Made by a program: the position numbers and the translations under genes
The notes under the pieces: model-generated
Told to the model about the DNA's origin: nothing
Seen by the model: only the letters and a program-made list of their open reading frames with translations
Database searches by the model: none
Shown: positions 28,903 through 38,417 of the stretch, piece after piece
How the letters are laid out: each line of letters begins with the position of its first letter
Position numbering within the stretch: the first letter of the stretch is position 1
NCBI GenBank assembly: GCA_037481835.1
Contig: JBBFKW010000003.1
Coordinates: 189,247 to 253,246 of the forward strand
From: Desulfosoma sp.
GTDB lineage: Bacteria > Desulfobacterota > Syntrophobacteria > Syntrophobacterales > DSM-9756
Reading direction: 5' to 3'
DNA: 64,000 nucleotides

Positions 28903-30057
28903 TCAGCAGTTGCGTTCGGCCAAGAAGCGTTCCAGCCGATCCATGCCTTCGGCGATGTTTTCCATGGAATTGGCGTAACTGAAGCGCAGATACCCTTCAC
29001 CCCGGGGGCCGAAATCCACGCCGGGAGTGACCCCCACGCGGGCCTTTTCCAGGATTTCAAAGGCCAATTCCAGGGAGTTCCCAGAAAATTTCTTGGCGTT
29101 GGCAAAAACGTAGAAGGCTCCGGTGGGTTCCACGGCGATCCCGAAGCCCATTTCTCGAAGCCTTCGGATCATGAACCGGCGCCGTGCGTCATAGGTGCGC
29201 ACCATGCGCGCCACGTCCTCCTGCACTTCGGGAACGGTCAACGCCGCCAGGCCAGCCCACTGGGAAACGGAATTGGCGGAAATGAAAAAATTCTGCATGA
29301 GGGCTTGCATGGGACGTACCAGATCCTTGGGCACGATGAGGTAGCCCAGCCTAAAGCCCGTCATGGCAAAAAGCTTTGAAAAGCCGTTAAAGACGATGGC
29401 CTTTCGGGTAAATTCCAGGATGGAATGGGCGCGGCCTTCGTAGACCAGCCCATGATAGATTTCGTCGCTCAGGATCCACAGGCCCAAGTCGGCCAGGGCC
29501 TGGAGTCGATCCCCATCCATGAGCGTCCCCGTGGGGTTGGACGGAGAGTTGATGAGCACGGCCCGTGTCTTGGGCCCCACCGCCTGACGGACCGCATCGG
29601 GGCGCAGCTGGAACCCGTCTTCCTCTTCCACGGGAACCGTCTTGGGCACCCCGTCAAGGAATTGCACGAAGCTGGGGTAGCAGGCATAGTGGGGATCCGA
29701 CAGGATCACTTCCTCCCCGCAGTCCATGACGGTGCTCAACGCAATGAGAAACGCCGGGGAAGAGCCCGAGGTGATGAGGACCTGATCCGGTTCCAGGTCG
29801 GTCACCCCGTAGGTGCGCGCGTAATAGGCGCACACCGCTTCCCGAAGCTGAGGGAGCCCCAAGCTGTGGGTGTAGTGGGTTTCCCCGCGCCTGAGGGCGT
29901 CCATGGCGGCATCGAGCACGGCTTGAGGAGCGTCGAAATCGGGTTCCCCCACTTCCAGGTGGATGACCGATTCCCCGCGACGCTCCATGGCCTGTGCCTT
30001 TTCCAAAACGTCCATGACCAAGAAGGGCTTCACGTCGCGCACACGGCGGCAGATCAT
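28903..30057 (-). CDS. Class I/II PLP-dependent aminotransferase (aspartate aminotransferase-like)
   Basis: GEPDF, NSPSNPTG, SDEIY, GFSKLFAMTGFRLGY. Confidence 0.93.
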   Translation of the reverse strand: MICRRVRDVKPFLVMDVLEKAQAMERRGESVIHLEVGEPDFDAPQAVLDAAMDALRRGETHYTHSLGLPQLREAVCAYYARTYGVTDLEPDQVLITSGSSPAFLIALSTVMDCGEEVILSDPHYACYPSFVQFLDGVPKTVPVEEEDGFQLRPDAVRQAVGPKTRAVLINSPSNPTGTLMDGDRLQALADLGLWILSDEIYHGLVYEGRAHSILEFTRKAIVFNGFSKLFAMTGFRLGYLIVPKDLVRPMQALMQNFFISANSVSQWAGLAALTVPEVQEDVARMVRTYDARRRFMIRRLREMGFGIAVEPTGAFYVFANAKKFSGNSLELAFEILEKARVGVTPGVDFGPRGEGYLRFSYANSMENIAEGMDRLERFLAERNC

Positions 30058-30887
30058 TGGCTCAGTCCCTCGATTCCCATTTTACGAAGATATACGGACG
30101 CCGCATCGGCCAGCGGCGAACCCGGCGCAAGACGCATCACCTGGCGGAAGGCGGTGACGGCCTCTTCGGTGCGGCCTTCGGCGGCGCAGGTGCGCCCGTA
30201 GTGAAATTGGGCGTCCGCAAGGTTGGGCCCGTGAATCACGGCAGCCTTGAAGGCGCGGCGCGCTTCGGCCTGCCGGCCGAGGGCTTCGAGAGCCCTTCCG
30301 CGGTAGAGATGGGCTTCCGCATAGGAGTCCTTGAAATGCAAGGCGTCGTCGAAATAACGCAAAGCGTCTTCATATCGGCCTCGATCGGCCATGATCCTGC
30401 CCAGGTTAAACAGGGGCTTTTCCGGCGTGCGGTAGAACGGGTTGGCCAGAGCCTTCTGGAAATGGTCCGCTGCCTGATCGGTGTTTCCTTGTTCCGCGTA
30501 AAAGACGCCCAAGGCGTTGTGCGCCTCCGAATAGTCCGGCTTGAGTTCCAATGCCTTTTGGAAGTGTTCCAGGGCTTTGTCGGGCAGGCGGCGCGCCGCA
30601 TAGGCCAGGGCCAGACTGTAGTGGATGCGCGGGTCCTTGCTGTCTTTGCGTTCGGCGGCCACCAGGTACTGCAGGGCCTGTCCCGTATCGCCGGCCGCCA
30701 GGAACTTGTCCCCAAGGGCCCGAAGCTCATCGGCGCTCATCCAGGCCGTCGGGTCTCCTTCCGGTGAGGGCTGCGGAACGCATGAGGCTATGCCCAGGAC
30801 AAGGAGCAGGGCGCCGAGGCGGCACAGCTTCCACCAGGCACCGCGTGATCCGCCGTTTTTCCATCCGGTCCGCCCCTGTCGCTTCAT
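30054..30887 (-). CDS. TPR lipoprotein (PilF/PilW-like)
   Basis: Lipobox IASC; multiple TPRs; ALANPFYRTPE motif seen in PilF/PilW. Confidence 0.75.
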   Translation of the reverse strand: MKRQGRTGWKNGGSRGAWWKLCRLGALLLVLGIASCVPQPSPEGDPTAWMSADELRALGDKFLAAGDTGQALQYLVAAERKDSKDPRIHYSLALAYAARRLPDKALEHFQKALELKPDYSEAHNALGVFYAEQGNTDQAADHFQKALANPFYRTPEKPLFNLGRIMADRGRYEDALRYFDDALHFKDSYAEAHLYRGRALEALGRQAEARRAFKAAVIHGPNLADAQFHYGRTCAAEGRTEEAVTAFRQVMRLAPGSPLADAASVYLRKMGIEGLSQ

Positions 30888-30911
30888 AGGTTCTCCGGTT
30901 TGAGGCCCCGT

Positions 30912-31784
30912 TCAGATGACCTTGTTCAGACTGTACTCGATGATCCCTTCGGCCCCGCGCTTGATGAGCTGCGGGACCAATTCGCGCACGGTATGCTTGC
31001 TCACCACGACTTCCACGCTGAGCCAGTCCGATTGGTAGAGATGGGCTGTCGTCGGCGACGTGAGGCTCGGCAAAATTTGGATGACGTCGTTGAGCTTGTC
31101 CTTTGGGACGTTCATCTTGAGGCCCACCAAGTCCTCGGCTCTAAGCGCGGCCTGAAGGAGGAGGGCGATCTGTTCGATCTTTTCCCGTTTCCAAGGGTCT
31201 TCCCAGGCGTCCTTGTTGGCGATGAGCTGCGTGTTGGTGAGCATGAGTTCCTTGACGATCCGAAGGCCGTTGGCGCGCATGGTGGCCCCCGTCTCTGTCA
31301 CCTCCACGATGGCGTCGCACAGCCCGGCGATGACCTTGGCCTCCGTGGCCCCCCAGGAAAATTCCACATCCACCTGGACGCCGGCCTGGGCGAAATAGCG
31401 CCGAGTGAAATTCACCAGTTCGGTGGCGATCTTCTTTCCATTGAGATCCTTAACGTCCTTGACCGGCGAATCGTAAGGGACGGCCAAAACCCACCGGGCG
31501 GGCCGCTGACTCACCTTGGAATAGATGAGGTCGGCCACCACGTGGACCTGTGAATCGTTTTCCAGGATCCAGTCCTTGCCCGTCAGGCCTGCGTCGAAGG
31601 TGCCGTTTTCCACGTAACGGCTCATTTCCTGAGCCCGACAGATGGCGCATTGGATTTCAGGGTCGTTGATTTCGGGAAAATAGTTGCGGTTGGTCAGCGA
31701 TATCTTCCAGCCGGATTTCCGGAACAGTTCGATGGTCGCTTCCTGGAGACTGCCCTTGGGAATGCCGAGAATGAGCTGCTTCAC
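30912..31784 (-). CDS. hisG: ATP phosphoribosyltransferase, long form
   Basis: [35 protein letters not shown]-terminal regulatory domain. Confidence 0.96.
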   Translation of the reverse strand: MKQLILGIPKGSLQEATIELFRKSGWKISLTNRNYFPEINDPEIQCAICRAQEMSRYVENGTFDAGLTGKDWILENDSQVHVVADLIYSKVSQRPARWVLAVPYDSPVKDVKDLNGKKIATELVNFTRRYFAQAGVQVDVEFSWGATEAKVIAGLCDAIVEVTETGATMRANGLRIVKELMLTNTQLIANKDAWEDPWKREKIEQIALLLQAALRAEDLVGLKMNVPKDKLNDVIQILPSLTSPTTAHLYQSDWLSVEVVVSKHTVRELVPQLIKRGAEGIIEYSLNKVI

Positions 31785-32161
31785 GCTTTGTAGACCTCCT
31801 TGGGATCGAAGACTCGTTGTTCCGTAACGACAAAAGCGCCGTCATGGAGGCGGCGGAAAAAGCACGAGGCGTAGCCTTCGTGGCAGGCGGCGCCACCCGC
31901 CTGTTCCACCACGATCAAAAGGGTGTCGGCGTCGCAGTCCATGTAGATGTCCCGCACTCTTTGCACATGGCCGGACGTTTCCCCCTTGAGCCAGATTTTC
32001 TTCCGGGACCGGCTCCAATAATGGGCCAGCCCCGTTTCCACGGTTTTCGCCCAGGCATCCTCGTTCATATAGGCCAGCATGAGCACACGCTGGCTCGCGG
32101 CGTCCTGAACGATGACGGGAAGCAGTCCGTTCCCTTTAGCGAAATCGGGTTTATCCGTCAA
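31781..32161 (-). CDS. hisI: Phosphoribosyl-AMP cyclohydrolase
   Basis: [37 protein letters not shown] start after AAGGAG. Confidence 0.95.
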   Translation of the reverse strand: MTDKPDFAKGNGLLPVIVQDAASQRVLMLAYMNEDAWAKTVETGLAHYWSRSRKKIWLKGETSGHVQRVRDIYMDCDADTLLIVVEQAGGAACHEGYASCFFRRLHDGAFVVTEQRVFDPKEVYKA

Positions 32162-32210
32162 CGCCGTCTCCTTCGTGGGTTGGTGGGAAAAGAGCCCCTG
32201 TTGGGGGCCG

Positions 32211-32321
32211 ATGTGTTGGGTTGAGCGAAGCGAACCCCAACTTACGACTCATCCCAAGCGACATCCCTCAACAAACGCGTCAACAAACGCGTAGGTTGGG
32301 GTGAGCGAAGCGAACCCCAAC
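32211..32321 (+). repeat. Two plus-oriented REP-like palindromes 80 bp apart, plus a 12-bp tandem duplication
   Basis: Copies at 32211-32241 (degenerate 5' end) and 32291-32321; CAACAAACGCGT x2 at 32269-32292. Confidence 0.88.
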
Positions 32322-32388
32322 GTGTCTTCGGCTCCGGCGAGCCAACCCATTATGCAACTTGGAGGTTTTGTCATGCCGAGTTCGACTG

Positions 32389-32859
32389 TCGCACCAAGTG
32401 GCATTGGTCCAAGCGCGGGCCGGAGAACTTGCGGCCCGGGATTTTTAGGTGTTGGGGTTCGCTACGCTCGTCCCAACGGACATCTCTCGCGGCCGGGGGG
32501 CCTTCATGTTGGGGTTCGCTGCGCTCACCCCAACCTACATCTCTTTCGCACCAAATGGCATTGGTCTAAGCGCGGGCCGGAGAACTCGCGGCCCGGGATC
32601 TTTCGGTGTTGGGGTTCGCTACGCTCGTCCCAACGGACATCTCTCGAGGCCAGGGGGCCTTAATGTTGGGGTTCGCGGCGCTCACCCCAACCGACATCTC
32701 TTTCGCACCAAGTGGCATTGGTCCAAGCCCGGGCCGGAGAACTTGCGGCCCGGGATCTTTCGGTGTTGGGGTTCGCTACGCTCACCCCAACCTACATCTC
32801 TACATCTATCGCGGCCGGGGGCCTTCATGTTGGGGTTCGCTGCGCTCACCCCAACCTAC
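32389..32859 (-). repeat. Tandem array of three ~157-bp units, each with two REP-like palindromes (BIME-like mosaic)
   Basis: Units start at 32389, 32546 and 32703; REP copies at 32450, 32507, 32607, 32664, 32764 and 32828. Confidence 0.93.
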
Positions 32860-32974
32860 GGGTCTAGGGCTCACCGCGAGCACGGCTACGGCGGCATCGG
32901 CCACTCGACGGGCCGGAAACCCCCATGGCCTTCGACCCCCCGCAGCCTTTCGCGCCCATGGGGCCGGCACGGCC

Positions 32975-34015
32975 TCAGGAAGATACCATTCGGGCAGCCA
33001 GCTGTCCACACGCGGCGCGGATATCGGCCCCACGGCTCTGGCGGATCGTCGCGGTCAGATGGGCCTGTTGGAGGATGTCCTGGAAGGCCAGGACCCGTTC
33101 TTCGGACGGCCGCTCGAAGGGCAGATCCGGGTGCGGGTTGAAAGGGATGAGGTTGACCTTGCAACGCACGGAGGACAAGAGCCGCACCAGCCGGCGGGCG
33201 TCTTCCGCCCGGTCGTTCACTTCCTTGAGGAGGATGTATTCGAAGGTGATCCTCTTGCGGGACGGCATGGGATAGGCCCGGCAGGCGTCCATGAGGGCTG
33301 CCAGGGGGTATTTTTGGTTGATGGGCATGAGGCGGCTTCGCGTCTCATCGTCGGCCGCGTGCAGGCTGACGGCAAGGTTCACCGGGCTTTCCCGGCCCAG
33401 CCTGGCCATCTGGGGCACCAAGCCGACGGTGGAGACCGTAACGCGCCGGTGGGAAAAGCCGAACCCGGCGGGGTCCATGAGGATCCGCAGGGCTCGAAGC
33501 AGGGCTTCTTCGTTGGCCAGGGGTTCGCCCATGCCCATAAAGACGATGTTGGTAATGCGCCGATCCGGCCCGACGGCCTGCTGCATGTGCACGAGCTGAT
33601 CGACAATTTCCGCCGTCGAAAGGTTGCGTTTGAAGCCCATGGTGCCCGTAAGGCAAAACCGGCAGCCCAAGGCGCACCCCACCTGGCTCGATAGGCACGC
33701 CGTAAGCCGAGGCGGCTCGGGGATGAGCACACTTTCGATGGGTTGTCCGTCGGTGAGGCGGAACAAGAACTTGCGGGTGCCGTCCGTGGCGTCTTCCGTT
33801 TGGACCGTCTCCACGGCGTTCAGCCGAGTGCCGTATTCCAGCTGGGTGCGGAATGCTTTGGAAAGATCGGAGCATTCGTCCCAGGAACGGATCAGGCGGT
33901 TGTAGAGGTGGCGAAAGATCTGCCGGGCTCGAAACGACCGCTCCCCGATGCCCTGGACCCAGGTTTCCAAGGCGTCCAGAGGAAAATCCTTGATGAAGAT
34001 GCGTTCCATGGTCAT
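32975..34015 (-). CDS. rlmN: Dual-specificity RNA methyltransferase RlmN (radical SAM)
   Basis: CLSSQVGCALGCRFC, FMGMGEP, SLHA, NLIPFN, AACGQL. Confidence 0.97.
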   Translation of the reverse strand: MTMERIFIKDFPLDALETWVQGIGERSFRARQIFRHLYNRLIRSWDECSDLSKAFRTQLEYGTRLNAVETVQTEDATDGTRKFLFRLTDGQPIESVLIPEPPRLTACLSSQVGCALGCRFCLTGTMGFKRNLSTAEIVDQLVHMQQAVGPDRRITNIVFMGMGEPLANEEALLRALRILMDPAGFGFSHRRVTVSTVGLVPQMARLGRESPVNLAVSLHAADDETRSRLMPINQKYPLAALMDACRAYPMPSRKRITFEYILLKEVNDRAEDARRLVRLLSSVRCKVNLIPFNPHPDLPFERPSEERVLAFQDILQQAHLTATIRQSRGADIRAACGQLAARMVSS

Positions 34016-34022
34016 GCCCGTC

Positions 34023-35339
34023 TCAGGCCTTTCTGACGTCGTAGCGATCGACGGTTCGATCCTGCAGAAACACCCGATCGTAAGAGCGCAAATTCACCGC
34101 ATCGAACCATTCGTAGCCCAGGGCCACACAGTCCGGGCACGCCTTTCGAGGGATATGCACGGCGTAGATGTGGTAGCCTCGATCGGTCAAAGAATCGATG
34201 GCCAAAACGCCGGGGCACACGGGACAGACCCGCAGGCGTTCTTTCTGGTTTTCCAGGATGTTGTCCGTATCGTAGTAGATGGTGCGTTCCCGCTGGGCGA
34301 ATTCCTTGGTCGCTCGGTTTTTGGCGATGAATTCGGGGCATCGGCGAAAATAGCCCATGATTTCTTCGGCCATGCGGTCGATGTAGGCGTTGGTGTCCGA
34401 CGATTGCCGGATGCGGTCCGGGTCGTAGTCCGGTTCCTTGACCTTGCTGTAGTCCACGCCGGCAAGAGCCAGGATGATCCCCACGTTGACGTAGGGCAGA
34501 GCCCCTTCGATGGAGTAGCCCCCTTCCAGCACGGCGATGTGCGGGCGCAGCATGCTCGTCAGCGTGGCGTAGCCTTGGGCGGAAAAATTCATGTTGGTGA
34601 TGGGATCGGTGTAATGATTGTCCTGTCCCGCGGAATTGACGATGAGTTCAGGCCGGAATTCTTCCAGGATGGGCAGGACGATCTTTTCCATGGCCCGAAG
34701 AAAGCCTTCTTCCGACGTTCTCGGCGGCAGGGGAATGTTGATGGTCGCCCCCATGGCCGTGGGCCCTCCCAGTTCGTGGTGGAAGCCCGATCCAGGATAG
34801 AGCGTTCGACCGTCTTGATGGATGGAAATGAACAAGGTGTCCGGATCGTGCCAGTAAATGTCCTGGGTGCCGTCTCCGTGGTGGCAGTCCGTATCCACAA
34901 TGGCGATGCGATCGACCCCGTAGGCGGCCCGCAGGTGCTCGATCATGATCGCTTCGATGTTGATGTTGCAAAAACCGCGGGCCCCGTGCACCACGCGCAT
35001 GGCATGATGGCCCGGAGGCCGAACCAACGCGAAGCCCCGCTCCACCTGCCGTTCCATGACGGCCTTGGCGATGGTCATGGCCCCGCCGGCGCTGATCAGG
35101 TGACTTTCCGTCAGGACGCTCCGTTCGTCAGGGGCACAGAAGTGTACACGGCGCACATCGTCCAGAGTGGCCAGGTCGGGTTTGAATTCCACAATGCCGT
35201 CGATATCGAGAAGACCCTCTTCGAAAATCTGGTCCTGGGTGTAGAGAAGCCTTTCTTCCCGTTCGGGGTGGGTGGGGCTGATGGCCCAGTCGAAGGCGGG
35301 AAACAACACGAGTCCGGTTTTGGATGCGGCACGGAGCAT
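34023..35339 (-). CDS. Histone deacetylase family protein with Cys-rich C-terminal extension
   Basis: HPE, RPPGHHA, GFC, DTDCHHGDGT, YPGSG, SAGQD, LEGGY; C-terminal CPVC..CPDC. Confidence 0.92.
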   Translation of the reverse strand: MLRAASKTGLVLFPAFDWAISPTHPEREERLLYTQDQIFEEGLLDIDGIVEFKPDLATLDDVRRVHFCAPDERSVLTESHLISAGGAMTIAKAVMERQVERGFALVRPPGHHAMRVVHGARGFCNINIEAIMIEHLRAAYGVDRIAIVDTDCHHGDGTQDIYWHDPDTLFISIHQDGRTLYPGSGFHHELGGPTAMGATINIPLPPRTSEEGFLRAMEKIVLPILEEFRPELIVNSAGQDNHYTDPITNMNFSAQGYATLTSMLRPHIAVLEGGYSIEGALPYVNVGIILALAGVDYSKVKEPDYDPDRIRQSSDTNAYIDRMAEEIMGYFRRCPEFIAKNRATKEFAQRERTIYYDTDNILENQKERLRVCPVCPGVLAIDSLTDRGYHIYAVHIPRKACPDCVALGYEWFDAVNLRSYDRVFLQDRTVDRYDVRKA

Positions 35340-35351
35340 GAGGGCGTCTCC

Positions 35352-37073
35352 TTATGACGAGCCTGCATTGGAACAAGGCGCGGCGCTGTAGGTGCTGTGC
35401 ATCTTTTCCATCACCGAGCGATAGTGGCCGATAAGGCCGGGCTTGACCTGGACTTTGACGCGGTAATACTTGCCCGTCGTGTAAAAGCCTCGAACCATGT
35501 TGAACTGGAGTTTTTCAAGGACTTCCGACTCCAGATCTTCCGGTGCGGCCCCTTCCCGAACGGCTTTGTGAGTGAGCAGTTCCAAAGCCAGGGAGACGGC
35601 CTTGTCCAAGGTAAAATCGCGTTTGACCGGTTGGTGGAAGGCTTCTTCAGGGGCTGTGGCGATGCCCCGTTCGGTGTCCACGAACAGGGTCAGTTCGCAT
35701 GTGGTGCGCGCCAAAGCGGCGCCCACGGCGTTGGCCACTTCCCACTGGGGGACGACCCGAGCGGAATAGGGCGAAATTTCCTGAAGTCGCTTGGCAAAGT
35801 AGGGAGCGGGTCCGCCCAGGACCAAGAGCTCCTTGGGCTGCACCTGGTAGCCTTCCAGGAGTTCGTACACGGTGTAGACGGGCTTGGCGTTGATGGCTTG
35901 CACCATCTCTTCAGCGGCGTCGAGGATGCCACGGCAGGCGGCGTCGAAGACCTGCCGGGCGGCTTCCTCTACGGAAACTCCCAGGGCCTGGGCCACTTGA
36001 GCCATGCCCCGAGAGGCGGCGTCGCGGTCCCCTTTGAGATCTCCCCCGAGGACGACAATGGCGTCGGTGGGCGTGGGCCACGATCCTCCAAAAGCCATGG
36101 CCGGTCCTTGCCGATCGGGACCCACGTGAAGCTGCCCGTCTTTGATCCGCACGGCGCTGTCTCCACCCAAGGCGAGGGATGTGGTCTTGAGGGCGCGGAT
36201 GAGGGTTCGGAAACGGCCGAGTTCGGCCCCTTGTTCGGCCAGCAAGGGCGCGGTCCCGACGAGCACCGCCATGTCCGTGGTGGTGCCGCCGATATCCAAC
36301 ACGATGGTATCCACCCCTTCGGAAGCGAACGGCAAGGACCCCATGACGCTTGCCGCCGGGCCCGACAGGATGGTCTGGCCCGGGAGGTCCAAGGACGCGT
36401 CGAAGCTCATGGTTCCGCCGTCGGCTTTGAGGATGTGGATGGGAATGGGCAAGCCGTTCTTTTTCAAGGAACGGCGCACGGCGTCGAAAAATTTCTTGTG
36501 GATGGGATAAACCGCCGCGTTGAGGTAGGCGGTGGCGATGCGGCGCGGAAAGTTCAAATTGCCCGAAAGACGATGGCCCAAAACGACGTATTCGAAATGG
36601 TCACCCAGAATCTCCTGAATCTGGGTTTCATGCTTGGGGTTGCGGACGGAAAATTTTCCCACCACCCCCACGTGGCGCACGCCCTCTTTGCGAAGCTTGG
36701 ACGCCACAGCCTCGATTTCCATGGGTTCCAGGGGCTGGATTTCCCGCCCCCGATGGTCGATGGACCCGCTCACCACATAATAGTGTTCGTTGGTCCGGAA
36801 AAATTCGGGGTCCAGCCCGGGACCGCTGGAGACGATCATGCCCACGGGCGGCAATTTTTCCTCGGCGATGGCGTTGGTCGTGAGCGTCGTGCTCAGGACA
36901 ATGCGTTCCACATCGTGGGGCTGAACGCCCAAGGTGACCGCTTCCAAGCCCCTCCATACACAGATGAGCAGATCGTCATGGGTCGTGGGGATTTTCGCCT
37001 GACATTCAATGCCGTGCTCTCCCAACAAGACCACATCGGTGTGCGTGCCGCCCACATCCAGTCCTATGATCAT
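35352..37073 (-). CDS. Hydantoinase A/oxoprolinase family protein
   Basis: IGLDVGGTHTD, STTLTTNA, SGPAASVMG, DIGGTTTD, PTPTDA, ANAVGAALA. Confidence 0.9.
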   Translation of the reverse strand: MIIGLDVGGTHTDVVLLGEHGIECQAKIPTTHDDLLICVWRGLEAVTLGVQPHDVERIVLSTTLTTNAIAEEKLPPVGMIVSSGPGLDPEFFRTNEHYYVVSGSIDHRGREIQPLEPMEIEAVASKLRKEGVRHVGVVGKFSVRNPKHETQIQEILGDHFEYVVLGHRLSGNLNFPRRIATAYLNAAVYPIHKKFFDAVRRSLKKNGLPIPIHILKADGGTMSFDASLDLPGQTILSGPAASVMGSLPFASEGVDTIVLDIGGTTTDMAVLVGTAPLLAEQGAELGRFRTLIRALKTTSLALGGDSAVRIKDGQLHVGPDRQGPAMAFGGSWPTPTDAIVVLGGDLKGDRDAASRGMAQVAQALGVSVEEAARQVFDAACRGILDAAEEMVQAINAKPVYTVYELLEGYQVQPKELLVLGGPAPYFAKRLQEISPYSARVVPQWEVANAVGAALARTTCELTLFVDTERGIATAPEEAFHQPVKRDFTLDKAVSLALELLTHKAVREGAAPEDLESEVLEKLQFNMVRGFYTTGKYYRVKVQVKPGLIGHYRSVMEKMHSTYSAAPCSNAGSS

Positions 37074-37346
37074 GACTGCCCTCGAAGTTTCTATGGATTT
37101 GCCGATGTCGCATGAAGCCGCCTTGGAAGTCGTCCGGGTGTGCGCAAAAGGCATATGGCGATTCTCGAAAAAAGGCTGCACAATCCTTGAAGATGCTAGC
37201 GAAAAGCCCCTCAGGTGTCAATGAACCGTTTCCGCTTTCGAAACACAAAACATCCATTTCTTTACAACAAATAGAAAACAGGCTATGGTGCCATGTTCCG
37301 GCGATGGGGCAGGACCGTCTGGGAACTTTTTCAGGGCGCCGAGTCG

Positions 37347-38021
37347 ATGATCCCGCTGCGCGATGCGAATCCGTCTCGACAATTTCCCGCGGTGACCTAC
37401 GGGATCATCGCCGCGTGCGTCGTCGCCTTCCTCTATGAGCTCCTCCTGGGACCGGAACTCAGGGCATGGATTCTTCACTACGGGATCGTCCCCGTGCGTT
37501 ACACCCGAGCGGACGTGGCGGCCAGGTTCACCCTGGTGGACCAGGCGATCCCTTTCGTGACCACCTTGTTCCTCCACGGCGGGTGGATGCACCTCATCGG
37601 GAACATGTGGGTCCTGCACATTTTCGGAGACAACGTGGAGAGCGCCCTGGGCCGCGGCCGCTACCTCGTCTTCTATCTCTTGTGCGGTCTGGCCGCCTCG
37701 GTGCTCCACATCGTCACCAACCCCGCCTCCCGCATCCCCACCATTGGGGCGAGCGGCGCCATCGCCGGGGTGATGGGAGCCTATTTCGTGCTGTATCCGC
37801 GAGCCAAGGTGCTCACCTTTGTGCCGATCTTCTTTTACTTTACCCTCATCGAATTGCCGGCCTACGTGTTTTTGGGCCTGTGGTTTCTCATGCAGTTTTT
37901 CAGCGGCACCTTTTCCCTCATGGGTGGAGGCGCCCAGGTGGGCGGGGTGGCCTGGTGGGCCCATATCGGGGGTTTCATCGCCGGCATGGTCCTCTTGCGC
38001 ATTTTCGGGGGGCGCCGATGA
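37347..38021 (+). CDS. Rhomboid intramembrane serine protease
   Basis: MIPLRD start; FLHGGWMHLIGNM, GASGAIAG, AWWAHIGG. Confidence 0.94.
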   Translation: MIPLRDANPSRQFPAVTYGIIAACVVAFLYELLLGPELRAWILHYGIVPVRYTRADVAARFTLVDQAIPFVTTLFLHGGWMHLIGNMWVLHIFGDNVESALGRGRYLVFYLLCGLAASVLHIVTNPASRIPTIGASGAIAGVMGAYFVLYPRAKVLTFVPIFFYFTLIELPAYVFLGLWFLMQFFSGTFSLMGGGAQVGGVAWWAHIGGFIAGMVLLRIFGGRR

Positions 38022-38401
38022 GCCGGCGGTCGCCTGAGCGATCTTCGGAACCGAACACGGACGGGAGCCGTGCTTTCATCCGGAACCACCCCGAGGGGGC
38101 GACCATTTCGATCGTGGTGCAGCCCAACGCGCGCAAGACTGAAGTGGGCGGGCTGCAGGATGGAGCGGTGAAGATCAAGGTGTGCGCCCCCCCTGTGGAA
38201 GGGGCGGCCAACAGGGAATGCCTGCGGTTCCTGGCGTCCCTCACGGCAACGGCCAAAAACCGGGTTGTGCTTCTCCAGGGGGAGAAGAGCCGAACCAAGG
38301 TGGTCTTGATTAAAGGGACAAGCGCCGAAGAGCTTGCGAACCTTTTCCGGGCATTCGGCTTGAGCGAAGAGCGGCATTCGCCAACATCCAACGGAAGCTG
38401 A
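38018..38401 (+). CDS. DUF167/YggU family protein
   Basis: VQPNAR, V.APPVEG.AN, GEKSRTK; ATGA overlap with the rhomboid gene. Confidence 0.88.
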   Translation: MSRRSPERSSEPNTDGSRAFIRNHPEGATISIVVQPNARKTEVGGLQDGAVKIKVCAPPVEGAANRECLRFLASLTATAKNRVVLLQGEKSRTKVVLIKGTSAEELANLFRAFGLSEERHSPTSNGS

Positions 38402-38417
38402 GAAGGAGGAACTGGTC

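Noticed and set aside
32162..32400. His-rich leader-peptide attenuator upstream of hisI-hisG
   Set aside because: There is no run of His codons and no U-tailed terminator on the minus strand; the region is occupied by REP copies.
32211..32859. CRISPR array (32-nt palindromic repeats at regular spacing)
   Set aside because: The spacers are themselves repeated and alternate between two lengths, the copies occur in both orientations and at dispersed loci, and no cas genes are present. This fits REP/BIME elements.
32112..33141. ORFs with repeated MLGFATLVPT/VGVRCAHPN/CWGSLRS peptides
   Set aside because: These are translations of the REP array in different frames, with no RBS or protein-like features.
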